From positions 11,965,360-12,029,359 of the forward strand of contig NC_043019.1 of the NCBI RefSeq assembly GCF_006345805.1: 64,000 nt of DNA. The letters run 5' to 3'. How positions within the stretch are numbered: position 1 is the first letter of the stretch; each line of letters opens with the position of its first letter. This DNA is from Octopus sinensis. Its lineage: Eukaryota. The position numbers were made by a program, and so were the translations under genes. Positions 1-12,257 of the stretch are shown piece by piece. Under the pieces are notes generated by a model that made no database searches, was not told where the DNA came from, and saw nothing but the letters and a program-made list of their open reading frames with translations.

Positions 1-3000
1 ATAGTATCGATCTCAGTAGTATATTGATATCAATGTAATTAATTGCTAACGCACTGGCGTACATTCGTGGCGCCGTCACTGCTAATGCTCCTGACTACCA
101 AATTTAGGACCCGGTTTCAATTTCTCTCTACAGATCAATATTTGTATATTTTGCTCTCAAGATTTTTATGGCTTGAACGAATCAGAATTGCTCAGCAGAA
201 CTTTTTAACATTCCCCCATGTCAACTATAATAAAAGCCAGAGCACAGACATATCCACTTACGATCCAACATACAGGTTTTTTTTTATGTTCTTGTACACA
301 CACAAACTGGATAAAAGACCATTACAAAAACCGGAAATCATTGAAAAAGAAAAAGCTCGAAATTCCTGGAAGTATACAACAGTATTAAGGAAGCTTTCTA
401 ATGTATTTATTTATATATTTTTTTTGTACACCCATTTGCTTTTATTACTTTATGAATACATATCTATGCGTTTGGCACCAATAAGAAAATGTGTGTATAT
501 ATATCAGCCTCAACCATCACATTTGTTGCACAGCATATGTGAAATTAAAATGAACTCTTTAATTTTGACATTTACATGACGTATGTGAGTCTGGCTGTGT
601 GCATATGTGTTACGTATATATATGACGCTTTACTGGACTGGAAATTATTATTATAAAGTGCTATATTTTTGTAAATATTTAATTCTTTCAACTTCTATGT
701 ATCGACTGTTCTTTAAAAACACCCACGATCTAATCTAAATAATGTGTGTGTGTGTGGATGTTTAAACAACCTCGTTGGTTATTGTGAGTTATATGAATAG
801 TTTTGGGTTAGCTGTCTTTAAATTTCTTTTTATTTGTGTGTGTGTGTGTGTCGCCAGCTATGCTACATCGACAATCACAACAACAGTGTAGCGTACCAAT
901 CCCTGTCTAATATCGAGGCGTGCTGCGTAGGTGGGTTGTATATTTAGTAACATATTTGCCTGTCAGCAGCTAAACGACATTCAAGAGGACGACGACTGCA
1001 GGTTGGGAATGGCGGGGAAGAGACGGGCAAATCTTTGTCAATGTGTTTAAATGGCACAGCGATCCAAAATGTTAAGCAATGATGAAAAAGGTGAAGGTTT
1101 CAACGACGAGTGCGGTTGACAACCAGCTGATTAGTGACACCATAGTTTGCCTCTTTTTTTCTTTTCTTTTCTTTCTTTTTTTTTTTACTCCTACACTTAC
1201 AGGATTGCGGCCATGCTTGAAGCACTTGCCTTAAAGTATTTAGGCAATCAAATCGCCACCTTCCCACCGTGCTTTTTGGTACTTATTTTATCTGGTAATT
1301 TTATCGCTGTATATTTATCGAACTGCTTGGTTACGGGGACGCAAACCGACACCGGTTGTCTGGCAGCACGAAACACAAAAACGTGCACATGTACATAACA
1401 CATACACACACACGACGAGCACTCACACAGTTTCCGGTTTATCAAATGCACTCACAAAACATTGGTCACTTCTAAAACATTTTACGAATAGTGTGTGTTG
1501 GGGTGGGGGTGGGGACTAAGTATTTTAGCAATTACTGGTTTTCTCATTGTAAACTCCAATTTATGATATATTCTGATGTTTTCACATCATCCTCATCATT
1601 TATCGTCCGTTTTCCATGTTGGCATGGGTTGGACAGTTTTGGCAGGATCTGAGGAGCCACAGGGCTGCATCGGGCTCCAATATCAGTTTCGGTCTGGTTT
1701 CTCTGGCTGAATGCCCTACCCAATGCCAACCACTTTACAGGGTGGACAATGTGTTCTTTACATGGCACTAGCAGAGACACAAGGCATTGGTTTGCCTGGG
1801 AAGTAGAAGACACTTAACCAAGGTGTCATGCAGTGGGACTGAACCCAAAACTGTGTGGTTAGGAAACGACTTTCTTAACTGTACAGCCACGCTGGTATGG
1901 ACCAGGCAGTTTGAATCTAATGCTTACCAGGACTGCATTGAGCACCAGTGTCTGCTTTGGCGTGGTTTCTATGGCCAGATGCCCTTCCTGATGCCACCCA
2001 CTTTACAGAGTGTAAGTGGGTGCTTTCTTTTATGTCACTGGCACTAGTGAGGTCACCAAGTAACTCACAAGGCTAAGATCCTCTTTAATTGAACAGAGTT
2101 ACAGTTGAGAGGGAGGTGGCTTTATGTCGGGTATTGAAGCTTAAAGTATGATAGAGGGATAAGTGCAGGTACTTTGCTATATAGGAGATAACACGGCTAG
2201 CCTGAGATTAGCTGGAAGGAAGGAAAAGGTGGTGGTGATGATGTGCTGGTACTCTCAAGATTCAGGAAAGTGAGTCTAAGGGAGAATACAGACATGGGGT
2301 CAGGGAAGGGGGTGTAATTTCATAAGAGTGTGACAGGGTTAGAGATGGGGCTAGAAGTAAATGCAGTGAGTGATGAACAAGGGTGAAGGTGTGGATGATG
2401 GTAGCTAACAAAGCAATCTCCTTTTGATATAGATCTGTGGGGAACAAGTTCAGTGGCATAGCATCATCAGTTTAGAATGTCCTTTTCTTTGACCCTTTAG
2501 TATTTAAACCAGCCATATCTGGCCAAAATATTCTGTTTTATGTTGAAACTGGCCAGATCCAGTCTCTCACACTTGCCCTATAATGCCATGCTAAAAGTAA
2601 ATAATCACGTTATCAAAATCTCAAAGTTGCATAATACATAATTGATTAAAGAATGTGGATATATATATAGGCACAAGAGTGGCTGTGTGGTAAGAAGCTT
2701 GCTTCCCAACCACATGGTTGTGAGTTCAGTCCCACTGCGGGGCACGTTAGGCAAGTGTCTTCTACTATAGCCTTGGGCCAACCAAAGCCTTGTGAGTGGA
2801 TTTGGTAGACGGAAACTGAAAGAAGCACGTGGTATATGTGTTTGTCACCCCACCATCACTTGACGACCGGTGTTGGTGTGTTTATGTCCCCATAACTTAG
2901 CAGTTCAGCAAAAGAAACCGATAGAATAAGTACTAGGCTTACAAAGAATAAGTCCTGGGGCCGATTTGTTCAACTAAAGGTGGTGCTCCAGCATGGCTGC

Positions 3001-4627
3001 AGTCAAAAGAATAAAAGAATATATATATAAGCACTACATTTGACAGAGTAATCTGAATGCTAAAGAGTTAACCATAACATACCTTTGACAACAGCAAACA
3101 CACACGCATATAAAGGGATTTCTCTATATGGTATCCATATTGGCCCACTCCTCCTTAAAGATAGCATACCTTTCACTTCAACACACACACACATATATAT
3201 AATATATATATATATACTATTGTATCTGGAGAGAGTCATTTTCTTTTTGTGCCTTATTATGTAACACACTCACCGGTAAAATTTCCACGTTTTTCTTATT
3301 TTTATTTTCCTAAAATTTTCATTGCATCTTGCAACCTTTTCAATAAAGAATCTTGCAAACCAAATCCCAAAACGAAATATATATATATATATAGTGGTTG
3401 CCCTATATTGTAGGCAAATCGGCCAACCCCTTTGTTTTAAGTGTAACATATCTTAGCAAACACACACATATAAGATGGCCCCCCTGCGAGGCCTCTGCAC
3501 TCCACAATGCTTTATGCTTTGCCACTGAACAGCTTCACAATGATATGTCTCGGTCAAATTTTCTATTCTTCCTTGAATAATTTTACCTACAAAACCGAAA
3601 CAAATCCTTAACTATTTTGTGACTTTTATATTTCTATTTCTATTTTTTTATATTCTTACAAAAGTATTGAACTGTTGAGAACACACAACCGTGAATTCAA
3701 ACCTTGCAACGACCATAGTATCCTCCCACTTATTCCACTAGGTTTCTTATTCTTCAGTGCCCTCCCACTAGCACCACATCCCAGCCAGGGTTTCTTACTC
3801 TACTTGTCTCAGTCAAAGTTTATGTGTCTGTCTGTTTAATGTTCATATCTTTTCAATGTTGATGGCAGGGAGGTAAATACCTCAATGTATTCATTTGGTA
3901 CAGCAGATAATATTATTTATTTGTTGGGTACAATGTAGAGTAGGTACAGTCAATCAAATTAACCCTAATTCTTTACTGATCCTTTTTTTTCTATCAACCT
4001 TGGAGAGACGAAATAGCAAAGTTGGCTCTGACTGGTTTGGTTTTTGGGGGTTTTTTTTTAATGTTACCCACACCCCAACCATGTGATCTGAACTAACCAA
4101 TCCTTCTGCAAAAGAACATTAATATTCTTCTGGAATTCCCTCTGTGTCCTTGATTTTCCTGCCATTGTCGATTTGCTATAATTCAGTAGGAACTTTAACC
4201 AAGTTGATTTCACTTGCCCCGGAGGGACACAGCTTCTCCCTCCGAACTAGTTGTAGTAATAATGATGATAATTTTTTTTATTATAGGTACAAAGCCTTAA
4301 ATTTTGGGAGGGGTGTGGCAGTTACCCCAGAAGGATGAAAGACAAAGTTGACCTTTGTGGCATTTGAACCCAGAACGTAAAGTCAGAAGAAACTCCACTA
4401 AGCATTTTGCCAGGCACAATAATGATAATAATTTTATTTCTTTATTGCCCACAGGGGACAAACAAAGGGATTAAGTCGATTACATTACCCCAGTGCATAA
4501 CTGGTATTTATTTAATTGACTCCGAAAGGATGAAAGGCAGAGTCGACCTTGGCGGAATTTGAACTCAGAATGTAATGGCAGATGAAATACTGCCTGGCGT
4601 GCTAATGATTCTGCCAGCTTGCCACCC

Positions 4628-4664
<37 letters not shown>

Positions 4665-5007
4665 TCCTTTCTACTAAAGGCACAAGGCCTGAAATTTTGA
4701 GGGAAAGGGCTAAGCATTTTGTCCAGCATGCTAACATTTTTGCTGGCTTGCTACCTTAATAATAACAATTTTAACTTTGGCACAGGGCCAGCAATTTTAA
4801 GAGGAGGAGTTTTGTAGATTACATCATCCCGTCTCCCCCTGTATATGACTGGTACTTTATTTTATTGACACTTAAAGGATGGAAGGCAAAATTGACCTCA
4901 GTGGTATTTGAACTTGGTATGTAAAGTCCCGATACAAATACTGCAAACCCTTTAAAGATTCTGCCAGCCCTCAATAGCAATAGTTATTATATTATATTAA
5001 TAATAAC

Positions 5008-5525
5008 TCTGCTTGCGAAGACCTGTTCAGGCAAGTGAAATCGAAATTGAAATCAAATTCGATGACTGGCATCCGTGCTAATGGAGCGCTAAGAGCACCA
5101 TCCAAACGTGATTGTTGCCAGAGCAGTTAACTGACTTTCGTGCTGGTGGCACGTAAAAAGCACCATTCGAGCGTGATCATTACCAGTGTCATCTTACTGG
5201 CACATGAACAAAACAATCGAGCGAGGTCATTGCCAGTGCTTCTGAACTGGCTCCTTTGCAGGTGGCATGTAAAAAACACCATTTGAGCGTAGCCATTACT
5301 AGTACCACCTGACTGGCCCTCGTGCCGGTGGCATGTAAAAGCACCCACTACACTCTCGGAGTGGTTGGTGTTAGGAAGGGCATCCAACTGTAGAAACTCT
5401 GCCAGATCAGATTGGAGCCTGGTGCAGCCATCTGGTTCGCCAGACCTCAGTCAAATCGTCCAACCCATGCTAGCATGGAAAGCGAACATTAAACGATGAT
5501 TGTGATGATGATAATGATGATGATG
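5008..5525 (+). mobile_element. RTE 3' UTR fragment with internal ~60-bp repeats
   Basis: Same ggaagggcatccag...ccaacccatgctagcatgg...(gat)n terminus as 18320-19935. Other copies at ~1585-2060, 21381-21800, 35590-36030, 36840-37220, 40795-41380, 48240-48520 and 58310-58400. Confidence 0.75.
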
Positions 5526-6733
5526 TCTAATACCATAAGGCATTTAGTTTGATGCTCAACTGTTTCAAAAACAACACTCGTGATTTTTAAACTCAGAAGC
5601 TGTGATATTCATGCTTTTCCCAGGATTTTTATGATTGACTGACTCTAGACTACTGTTATACAAATACTTCCTCTAGTGATTCTCCGGTGAAATAAATGGA
5701 CCCCAGCAATATTGTAAAAGAGAATTACATGTCAGAAGAAATTATGAAATGTCAGACTGTCATTTAGGGGTGAAGTGCCCTTAACCCTTTAACATTTAAA
5801 CTAGCCATATCTGGCCTAAATATTCTACTTGTTTTATGTTCCAACTGTCAGAACCTGGCCTGTTGCACCCACTCTACAATGTCATTCTAAAAATATACAA
5901 TCACTTAATTGCAATATCGGAGTTACAAGGTAATGCATGAGCAACTCATATCAATGTGAATAAATAGACATTACGTTTGACAGCAATCTGAATGTTAAAG
6001 GTTTAATCTTCCTTTTTTTTTTTTTTTTTTCTTCAATTAATTGTATCTCTAACCCAATTTTGTAACTGCTACATTCTTGTCACCTGACACAGAAATGTCA
6101 CAGTATTTTTCAGCATACAAGTTACTATAGTAACGAGTTTAAATATTCAAGCATCGTCTTTCCAAATCCTGCTGTATTTCACATGGAATTTTTGCTCTTC
6201 CAAAGGAAATTATTTTTTTTTGTATATTCTGATCAACCCTTTTTTTTTTTGGCTGTAAAAATTTGACTTTTATACTGGAAAATACAGAAAACAAAATTGT
6301 GACTAATCATGAATTGAACTTTGATTAAGCTCCTTCCACTATCACCACTCACTCTTCCCACCACCCAGATTCATGTCCAGAAACCAATCTTAAACTGTGC
6401 ACTCCACATATCATATTGCACACATGGAAACCAAAATACATGAAAAAAAAGAAAGAAAGAAAACACACCTCAACCTGTGGGAGGGACACTACAGAATAGC
6501 ATTCTACTTAATCCTGCATAATCCCTGAATCTACATGGCTAACAAATCCCAAACATCTAATCATCTCCAACCCACCACAACTGCTATTACTGCTACTTCT
6601 ACAACTACTACGTGTTGTTTCTATATATGTACAACCACCTAAACTGCTCTGTAGAATAACCACTACACAAAACCACAGAACACACCTACACAAGTCAATG
6701 TACACCCCTACACAAGTCCATGGTATATCCATA

Positions 6734-7045
6734 ACAAAACCATAGTAGACCCCCTACACAAATCCATAGTGCATCCCTTACAAAACCATAGTAGACCCCC
6801 TACACAAATCCATAGTGCATCCCTTACAAAACCATAGTAGACCCCCTACACAAATCCATAGTGCATCCTTAACAAAACCATAGTAGACCCCTACACAAAT
6901 CCATCGTGCATCCCTAACAAAACCATAGTAGACCCTCACACATAGCCATAGTACATCCCTAACAAAACCATAATAGACCCCTACACAAATCCTTAGTACA
7001 TCCCTAACAAAACCATAGTAGACCCCCCCTACACAAATTTCCATG
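6734..7045. repeat. 46-bp minisatellite (~7 units) built from two related ~23-bp halves
   Basis: acaaaaccatagtagaccccct-acacaaatccatagtgcatccctt repeated. Confidence 0.9.
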
Positions 7046-7956
7046 CGTCTCTACACAAGGTAAAGTTCATCACTAAGCCTCTTTGCTCTAATCAATGTTA
7101 TACCTCAATATTCTGTTTTCTCATTTTGTAAATTTGTTTACTTAAATTACTACGGCAACAAAGACTTAATTCAAAAATCTACATCGACAAACCAAAATAC
7201 ACTTTGCTTTATGTGCCTTATACTCAACACATGGTGGTGCTGTTGGGAACAGGGAATGTCAAAACCCATGCGCTGTTGAAGAAATGAATCTCTATTTTTA
7301 TGATAATCTTGGTAAAGTAATATCTAAGCCGTTTCGCTAACGAACACGCTCCCTGCCCCCTTTCAACAGAGGTGGTCTACAATTTTTAAGTACAATACCT
7401 AATGTATATTTTTTTATATTTCTCGCAGAGTTTTGTTTTAATAAACTTCAAACAAAGAAATAAAGATTACATATTTTCTATTAAAAAAATAAAATAAAGG
7501 AGTTGGAGTTGTCATTCATATCTGATTAACAATGAATATATATGTGTGTGTGTGTGTGTGTGTTATTAGTGGGGGCACAATGGCCCAGTGGTTAGGGCAG
7601 CGGACTTGCGGTTTTGATTCCCAGACTGGGCATTATGTGTGTTTATTGAGCGAAAACACCTAAAAAGCTCCACGAGGCTCCGGCAGGGGATGGTGGTGAC
7701 CCCTGTTGTACTATTTCGCCCCAACTTTCTTCCAGCTGGGGGGAACACATACGCCATAGAAACCAGGAAATTGGGCCCATGAGCCTGGCTAGGCTTGATA
7801 AGGGCGAAAAGAGAAAAGAAAAAGTACGTTATTGAGTAATTACATGTTAGTGTGTAATTATTTGTTGGATGAATGAAAAAACAAATGTTTGCTCCAACCA
7901 AAGCTTTGTAAGTGAATTTAGCTGGCAGAAACTGAAAGAAGCCCACCATATATAAA

Positions 7957-8354
7957 TCTTTATATATAAAAGTGAGGTTGTGCGCTGTCTGTCTCCTACG
8001 ATTTAGATTCCTAACTACTCCCACATTTTGTGGTGCAGTTTAACCAAAACCGGGTATCTTATAGTCGTGATTCATATCGAACCCTTCTGGGTATTAGTGC
8101 GCGTCTACGATGAGTCTACGATTTAAAAAAAATTTACCATCAGTTTTTCCCATTTTTAATGCATTTTTGGCATATATAAGGAAAGTAACTCTCTAAAAAT
8201 TTATTATTAAATCTCAGGACGTAAAAAGCTACAGTGACCCCCCCCCCCCTTTGTGGTTAGCCATATTGAGATGGCTATTATACTTTACATCTCTAAAAAT
8301 GCTTATATAGTAATTTCCCTTACAAACCCGAGCAACGCCGGGCGATACTGCTAG
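7957..8354 (+). mobile_element. Non-autonomous Helitron
   Basis: Inserted between A and T, starts TC(tttatatataaaag), has a subterminal hairpin cccgagcaacgccggg and ends CTAG. No TSD. Confidence 0.8.
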
Positions 8355-8924
8355 TTATATATAATGCATAAACAGACCATGAAAAATTGCTTTAAGATAC
8401 ACGAGATATTTTATAAATATGCCTATTCAAGTGTCATTACAGGATGAAGCTATTAGTCGCTCGTTTGGTTGTGTATTTAATTTGATACACACACGCACAT
8501 CGGGCAACATGATATAACTGTCTGACAAATGGTAATGTGAAACTTTTGAGTAACAGTTTGTGAAATTTTTTCTCAGCTTTAATAAAAGCAAAAATTACTC
8601 AACCGTTGTACCTTTGGTATTTTTCCCCCACTTTGTTTTGCATTCATATGCTTACTTGTGTGTGTCAGTGTGTAGCCTTGTCTTGATATGTAATACTTGA
8701 AAAATTGAAAATACAAGCAATGTCGTTCATTTGAAATATTCTGCAAGAACACATCTGGCCATGGGGAAAATATTACATTGCTTGCAAATGTGAGAGTTGG
8801 CAACAGGAAGTGCATCAAGCCATAAAAAAAGCAGCCAGGAAGACACTCTATCTGATCCATGCAAGCATTGAAAAGTGGATATTAGCTGACATGATGCATA
8901 GGTGTAGGCGTAGCTGTATGGTAA

Positions 8925-9380
8925 GGTGGCGAGCTGGCAGAAACATTAGCGCACCGGGAGAAATGCTTTGTGGTATTTCGTCTGCCGCTACATTCTGAGT
9001 TCAAATTCCGCCGAGGTCGACTTTGCCTTTCATCCTTTCGGGATCGATTAAATAAGTACCAGTTATGCACTGGGGTCGATATAATCAACTTAATCCGTTT
9101 GTCCCTTCTGTGTTTAGCCCCTTGTGGGTAGTAAAGAAATAGGTATTTCGTCTGCCACTACGTTCTGAGTTCAAATTCCGCCGAGGTCGACTTTGCCTTT
9201 CATCTTTTCGGGGTCGATTAAATAAGTACCAGTTACGCACTGGGGTCGATATAATCGACTTAATCCGTTTGTCCCCTCTGTGTTTAGCCCCTTGTGGGTA
9301 GTAAAGAAACAGGTATTTCGTCTGTCTTTATGTTCTGAGTTCAAATTCCACTGAGGTCGACTTTGCCTTTCATCCTTTCT
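8925..9380 (+). mobile_element. SINE family B, often multimeric
   Basis: B-box gagttcaaattcc followed by gtcgactttgcctttcatcctttcggggtcgat..aagtaccag, with a 170-bp period here. Copies at ~4300-4970, 15040-15490, 16210-16520, 32205-32710, 37475-37895, 38005-38600 and 46930-47730. Confidence 0.85.
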
Positions 9381-9382
9381 GG

Positions 9383-9630
9383 GGCAAAGTAGTGCACAAT
9401 GTGAGGCCTCAACACTTGGTCGATGTAGCAAGCAGTGATTATTCCATTGCCCCAGCCTTGGTTGATGTTTTGGAAGACCACTGGTCCAAGTTTCTGGTTG
9501 AGTGAAATCTCACCCCATATCATGATGTTCTGTCCTCCTCATGAGTCTCTCTCCACCACAAAGCCATTGGCATGACATTCATACCTTCTTCTCCAAACCC
9601 TAGCTCTGCCATCTGCCACAGAAATGCAAT
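9383..9630 (-). mobile_element. Tc1-family transposase fragment (disrupted)
   Basis: Translates to DGRARVWRRR...VERDS*GGQNIMIWGEI...TACYIDQVLRPHIV, matching the Tc1 catalytic region. Confidence 0.8.
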
Positions 9631-10177
9631 ATCGACTTACTCTTTTACTTGTTTCAGTCATTTGACCGCGGCCATGCTGGAGCACCACCTTTAGTCGAGC
9701 AACTCGACCCCGGGACTTATTCTTTTTGTAAGCCCAGTACTTATTCTATCGGTCTCTTTTTGCCGAACCGCTAAGTGATGGGGACGTAAACACACCAGCA
9801 TCGGTTGTCAAGCAATGCTAGGGGAACAAGCACAGACATATATATATATATACGACAGGCTTCTTTCAGTTTCCGACTACCAAATCCACTCACAAGGCAT
9901 TGGTCGGCCCGGGGCTATAGCAGAAGACACTTGCCCAAGATGCCACGCAGTGGGACTGAACCCAGAACCATGTGGTTGGTTAGCAAGCTACTTACCACAC
10001 AGCCACTCGCATCAAAGAAGACGACATATACCTATTAATTTTGAAAATCAATGTATAATTGAAAACAACTTAAATTGAAACGGCTTATGGCAAGTTATGC
10101 CTGTATACACACACACACGCACACACATATATATATATATAGCAAAGTGAAATTGTAAGGTACCGCATGAGTGGAAA

Positions 10178-10552
10178 TATATATGAAAGAAAGTTTGAAA
10201 AGGCAATTTTAAAAGACGTTTATTCACTTGACTGCTTTCACTTTTTTAGAAAAAATTGTCAAAAGTAAAATGAAAAGCTTTATAAAGGCTTTGTACTTTG
10301 TTAAGTACTGGTTGTCACAAAATATTACAATACATATAGATGTTCTTTGATAATAATAAGAAAACGTTAAAAGCTATTTTTAACATTTTCTTCTTATTAT
10401 CAAAGAATGTATATAATATGAATTGTAATATTTTGTGACAACCAATACTTAACACAACAAAGCTTTTCATTTTACTTTTGACAATCTTTTTCTAAAAAAA
10501 GTTAAACCAGTCAAGTGAATAAACATCTTTAAAATTGCATTTTCAAACCTTC

Positions 10553-10563
<11 letters not shown>
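10178..10563. repeat. Long imperfect palindrome (foldback) flanked by (TA)n
   Basis: Arms of ~190 bp centred at ~10373, e.g. atatgaaagaaagtttgaaaa...ttttcaaaccttctttcatat. Confidence 0.8.
10223..10269 (-). ncRNA. Degenerate hammerhead-like motif (U3-A8 type) in a foldback element
   Basis: Minus strand reads UUUACUU-UUGACAA-UUUUUCUAAAAAAGU-GAAA-GCA-GUC|AAGUGAA. A mirrored, mutated copy lies at ~10470-10519 on plus. Confidence 0.4.
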
Positions 10564-10599
<36 letters not shown>

Positions 10600-10602
<3 letters not shown>

Positions 10603-10926
10603 CAAATAAGAAAATGGAGAAACACATTAGTTGGTTCATCATCAGCTTTAGGATATTAGAATGTTATGGTTGTAGTTTAGTTAATTAAATAAGACAACAT
10701 TCTAATATCCTAAAGCTGATGAACCAGCTAAAGTGTTTCTCCATTTTCTTATTTGTAATAAAATTAATGGTCAAATATTTCTTTACCTTCACCTATTTAA
10801 TACAATAAGTAAGTTTATTGCATTGCAATTAAAAACACTTGTGTATAAATAATTCGGGTATTATACCAACAGTATATTGGATTATCCCTTAGTGGGTTGG
10901 ATCCACAACCCCTAACTTACTTGGTG

Positions 10927-10928
<2 letters not shown>
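10600..10928. mobile_element. (TA)n-embedded element with 5' inverted repeat, probable Penelope-like remnant
   Basis: Inverted arms ~10600-10665 and ~10695-10758 containing CTGATGA. Bounded by (TA)n. Confidence 0.45.
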
Positions 10929-10960
<32 letters not shown>

Positions 10961-11159
10961 GTTATCGCCATACTAATATGGCATTCTTATAAAAATAAGA
11001 AAAAAGCTGTCCGCTTACTAGCTCCATGAGGCCATCGCCTTAAGTTAGCTATTTGATACACAAACTGTATCCATATACCTTCGAACAAGGGAGGTCAGTC
11101 GCTCCACACTACTTGACCGGCAGCTACAGACGCGTTTCGGGGTATTGCCCCTTTTCAAC

Positions 11160-11201
11160 GCTGCATTGAAAAGGGGCAATACCCCGAAACGCGTCTGTAG
11201 C
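11160..11201 (+). ncRNA. Minimal type I hammerhead ribozyme, U3-A8 core variant (copy 1)
   Basis: GCUGCA-UUGAAAA-GGGG-CAAUA-CCCC-GAAA-CGCG-UC|UGUAGC: 6-bp stem I, 4-bp stem II, palindromic stem III (ACGCGU), GUC cleavage triplet ending at 11195. Confidence 0.75.
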
Positions 11202-11521
11202 TGCCGGTCAAGTAGTGTGGAGCGACTGACCTCCCTTGTTCGAAGGTTATATGGATACAGTTTGTGTATCAAATAGCTAACTTAAGGCGATGGCCTCATG
11301 GAGCTAGTAAGCGGACAGCTTTTTTCTTATTTTTATAAGAATGCCATATTAGTATGGCGATAACTATTATTTTCCGGGAACGCTGCCGCTGTTCTCTTTT
11401 AGAGAGACTTAGTTATTTTAATATTTCTATTATTGAAAACAAGTGGATGTATTCCACCGAAACTAGGTAAATAAAACCATCGAACAGAGATTGTCGGAAG
11501 CGACACCTACTGGCTGGCTAC

Positions 11522-11563
11522 GCTGCATTGAAAAGGGGCAATACCCCGAAACGCGTCTGTAGC
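11522..11563 (+). ncRNA. Minimal type I hammerhead ribozyme, U3-A8 core variant (copy 2)
   Basis: Identical to 11160-11201. Predicted cleavage after 11557. Confidence 0.75.
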
Positions 11564-11789
11564 TGCCGGTCAAGTAGTGTGGAGCGACTGACCTCCCTTG
11601 TTCGAAGGTTATATGGATACAGTTTGTGTATCAAATAGCTAACTTAAGGCGATGGCCTCATGGAGCTAATAAGCGGACAGCTTTTTTCTTATTTTTATAA
11701 GAATGCCATATTAGTATGGCGATAACTATTATTTTCCGGGAACGCTGCCGCTGTTCTCTTTTAGAGAGACTTAGTTATTTTAATATTTC

Positions 11790-11818
<29 letters not shown>

Positions 11819-11820
<2 letters not shown>

Positions 11821-12213
11821 CAAGATAAGGGCAAAAGAATTTTGGATATATTCGGGGTACTTAGGTCTGCTCAGGACTTAGTGCTTGCTTTTTCCATGGG
11901 TATGAGTAAGTATTTCACTTATATCTCGCGTATTTGCCACTGAAGAGGGGAAAATTTATTATTAATTAACCCCGAAATTGGACCAATACGGTTATAACGA
12001 ATTTTTTAGAGATTTCTATCGGTTTGTTTCGAGACGCATAAATTATAATGGTTATTGAAAAGTTTTGTCTTTTTTTCAGCAAATTTGGCATTAGAATTTT
12101 TCTTTTGCCCTTATCTTGTAAATTATTTATAAATTTAACCTTTAAAGGTATTTTTTGATATACTGGCCATTGATAAAATTTTTTTCCCGAAAAAATTTTT
12201 ATCCTACATTAGT
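11819..12213 (+). mobile_element. (TA)n-embedded element with short inverted repeat and partial hammerhead
   Basis: tacaagataagggcaaaagaa (11819-11840) is inverted at ~12100-12120. CTGAAGA-GGGG...CCCC-GAAA at 11940-11977 lacks a proper stem III. Confidence 0.5.

Positions 12214-12257
<44 letters not shown>

Larger units (their letters stand above)
10955..11793 (+). mobile_element. Non-coding Penelope-pLTR or retrozyme-like element inserted in (TA)n
   Basis: Inverted arm of ~204 bp (10955-11158 vs 11166-11370, nearly identical) followed by direct repeats 11158-11433 and 11520-11793, each starting with a hammerhead. (TA)n on both sides and no credible ORF. Confidence 0.75.

Noticed and set aside
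43-579. 178-aa ORF at the window start
   Set aside because: Non-ATG start, low-complexity F/Y/I/L composition and no recognisable domain.
9805-10078. Recurrent 'ASFSFRLPNPLTR...GTEPRTMWLVSKLL' ORFs
   Set aside because: Antisense translations of SINE family A, not a gene family.
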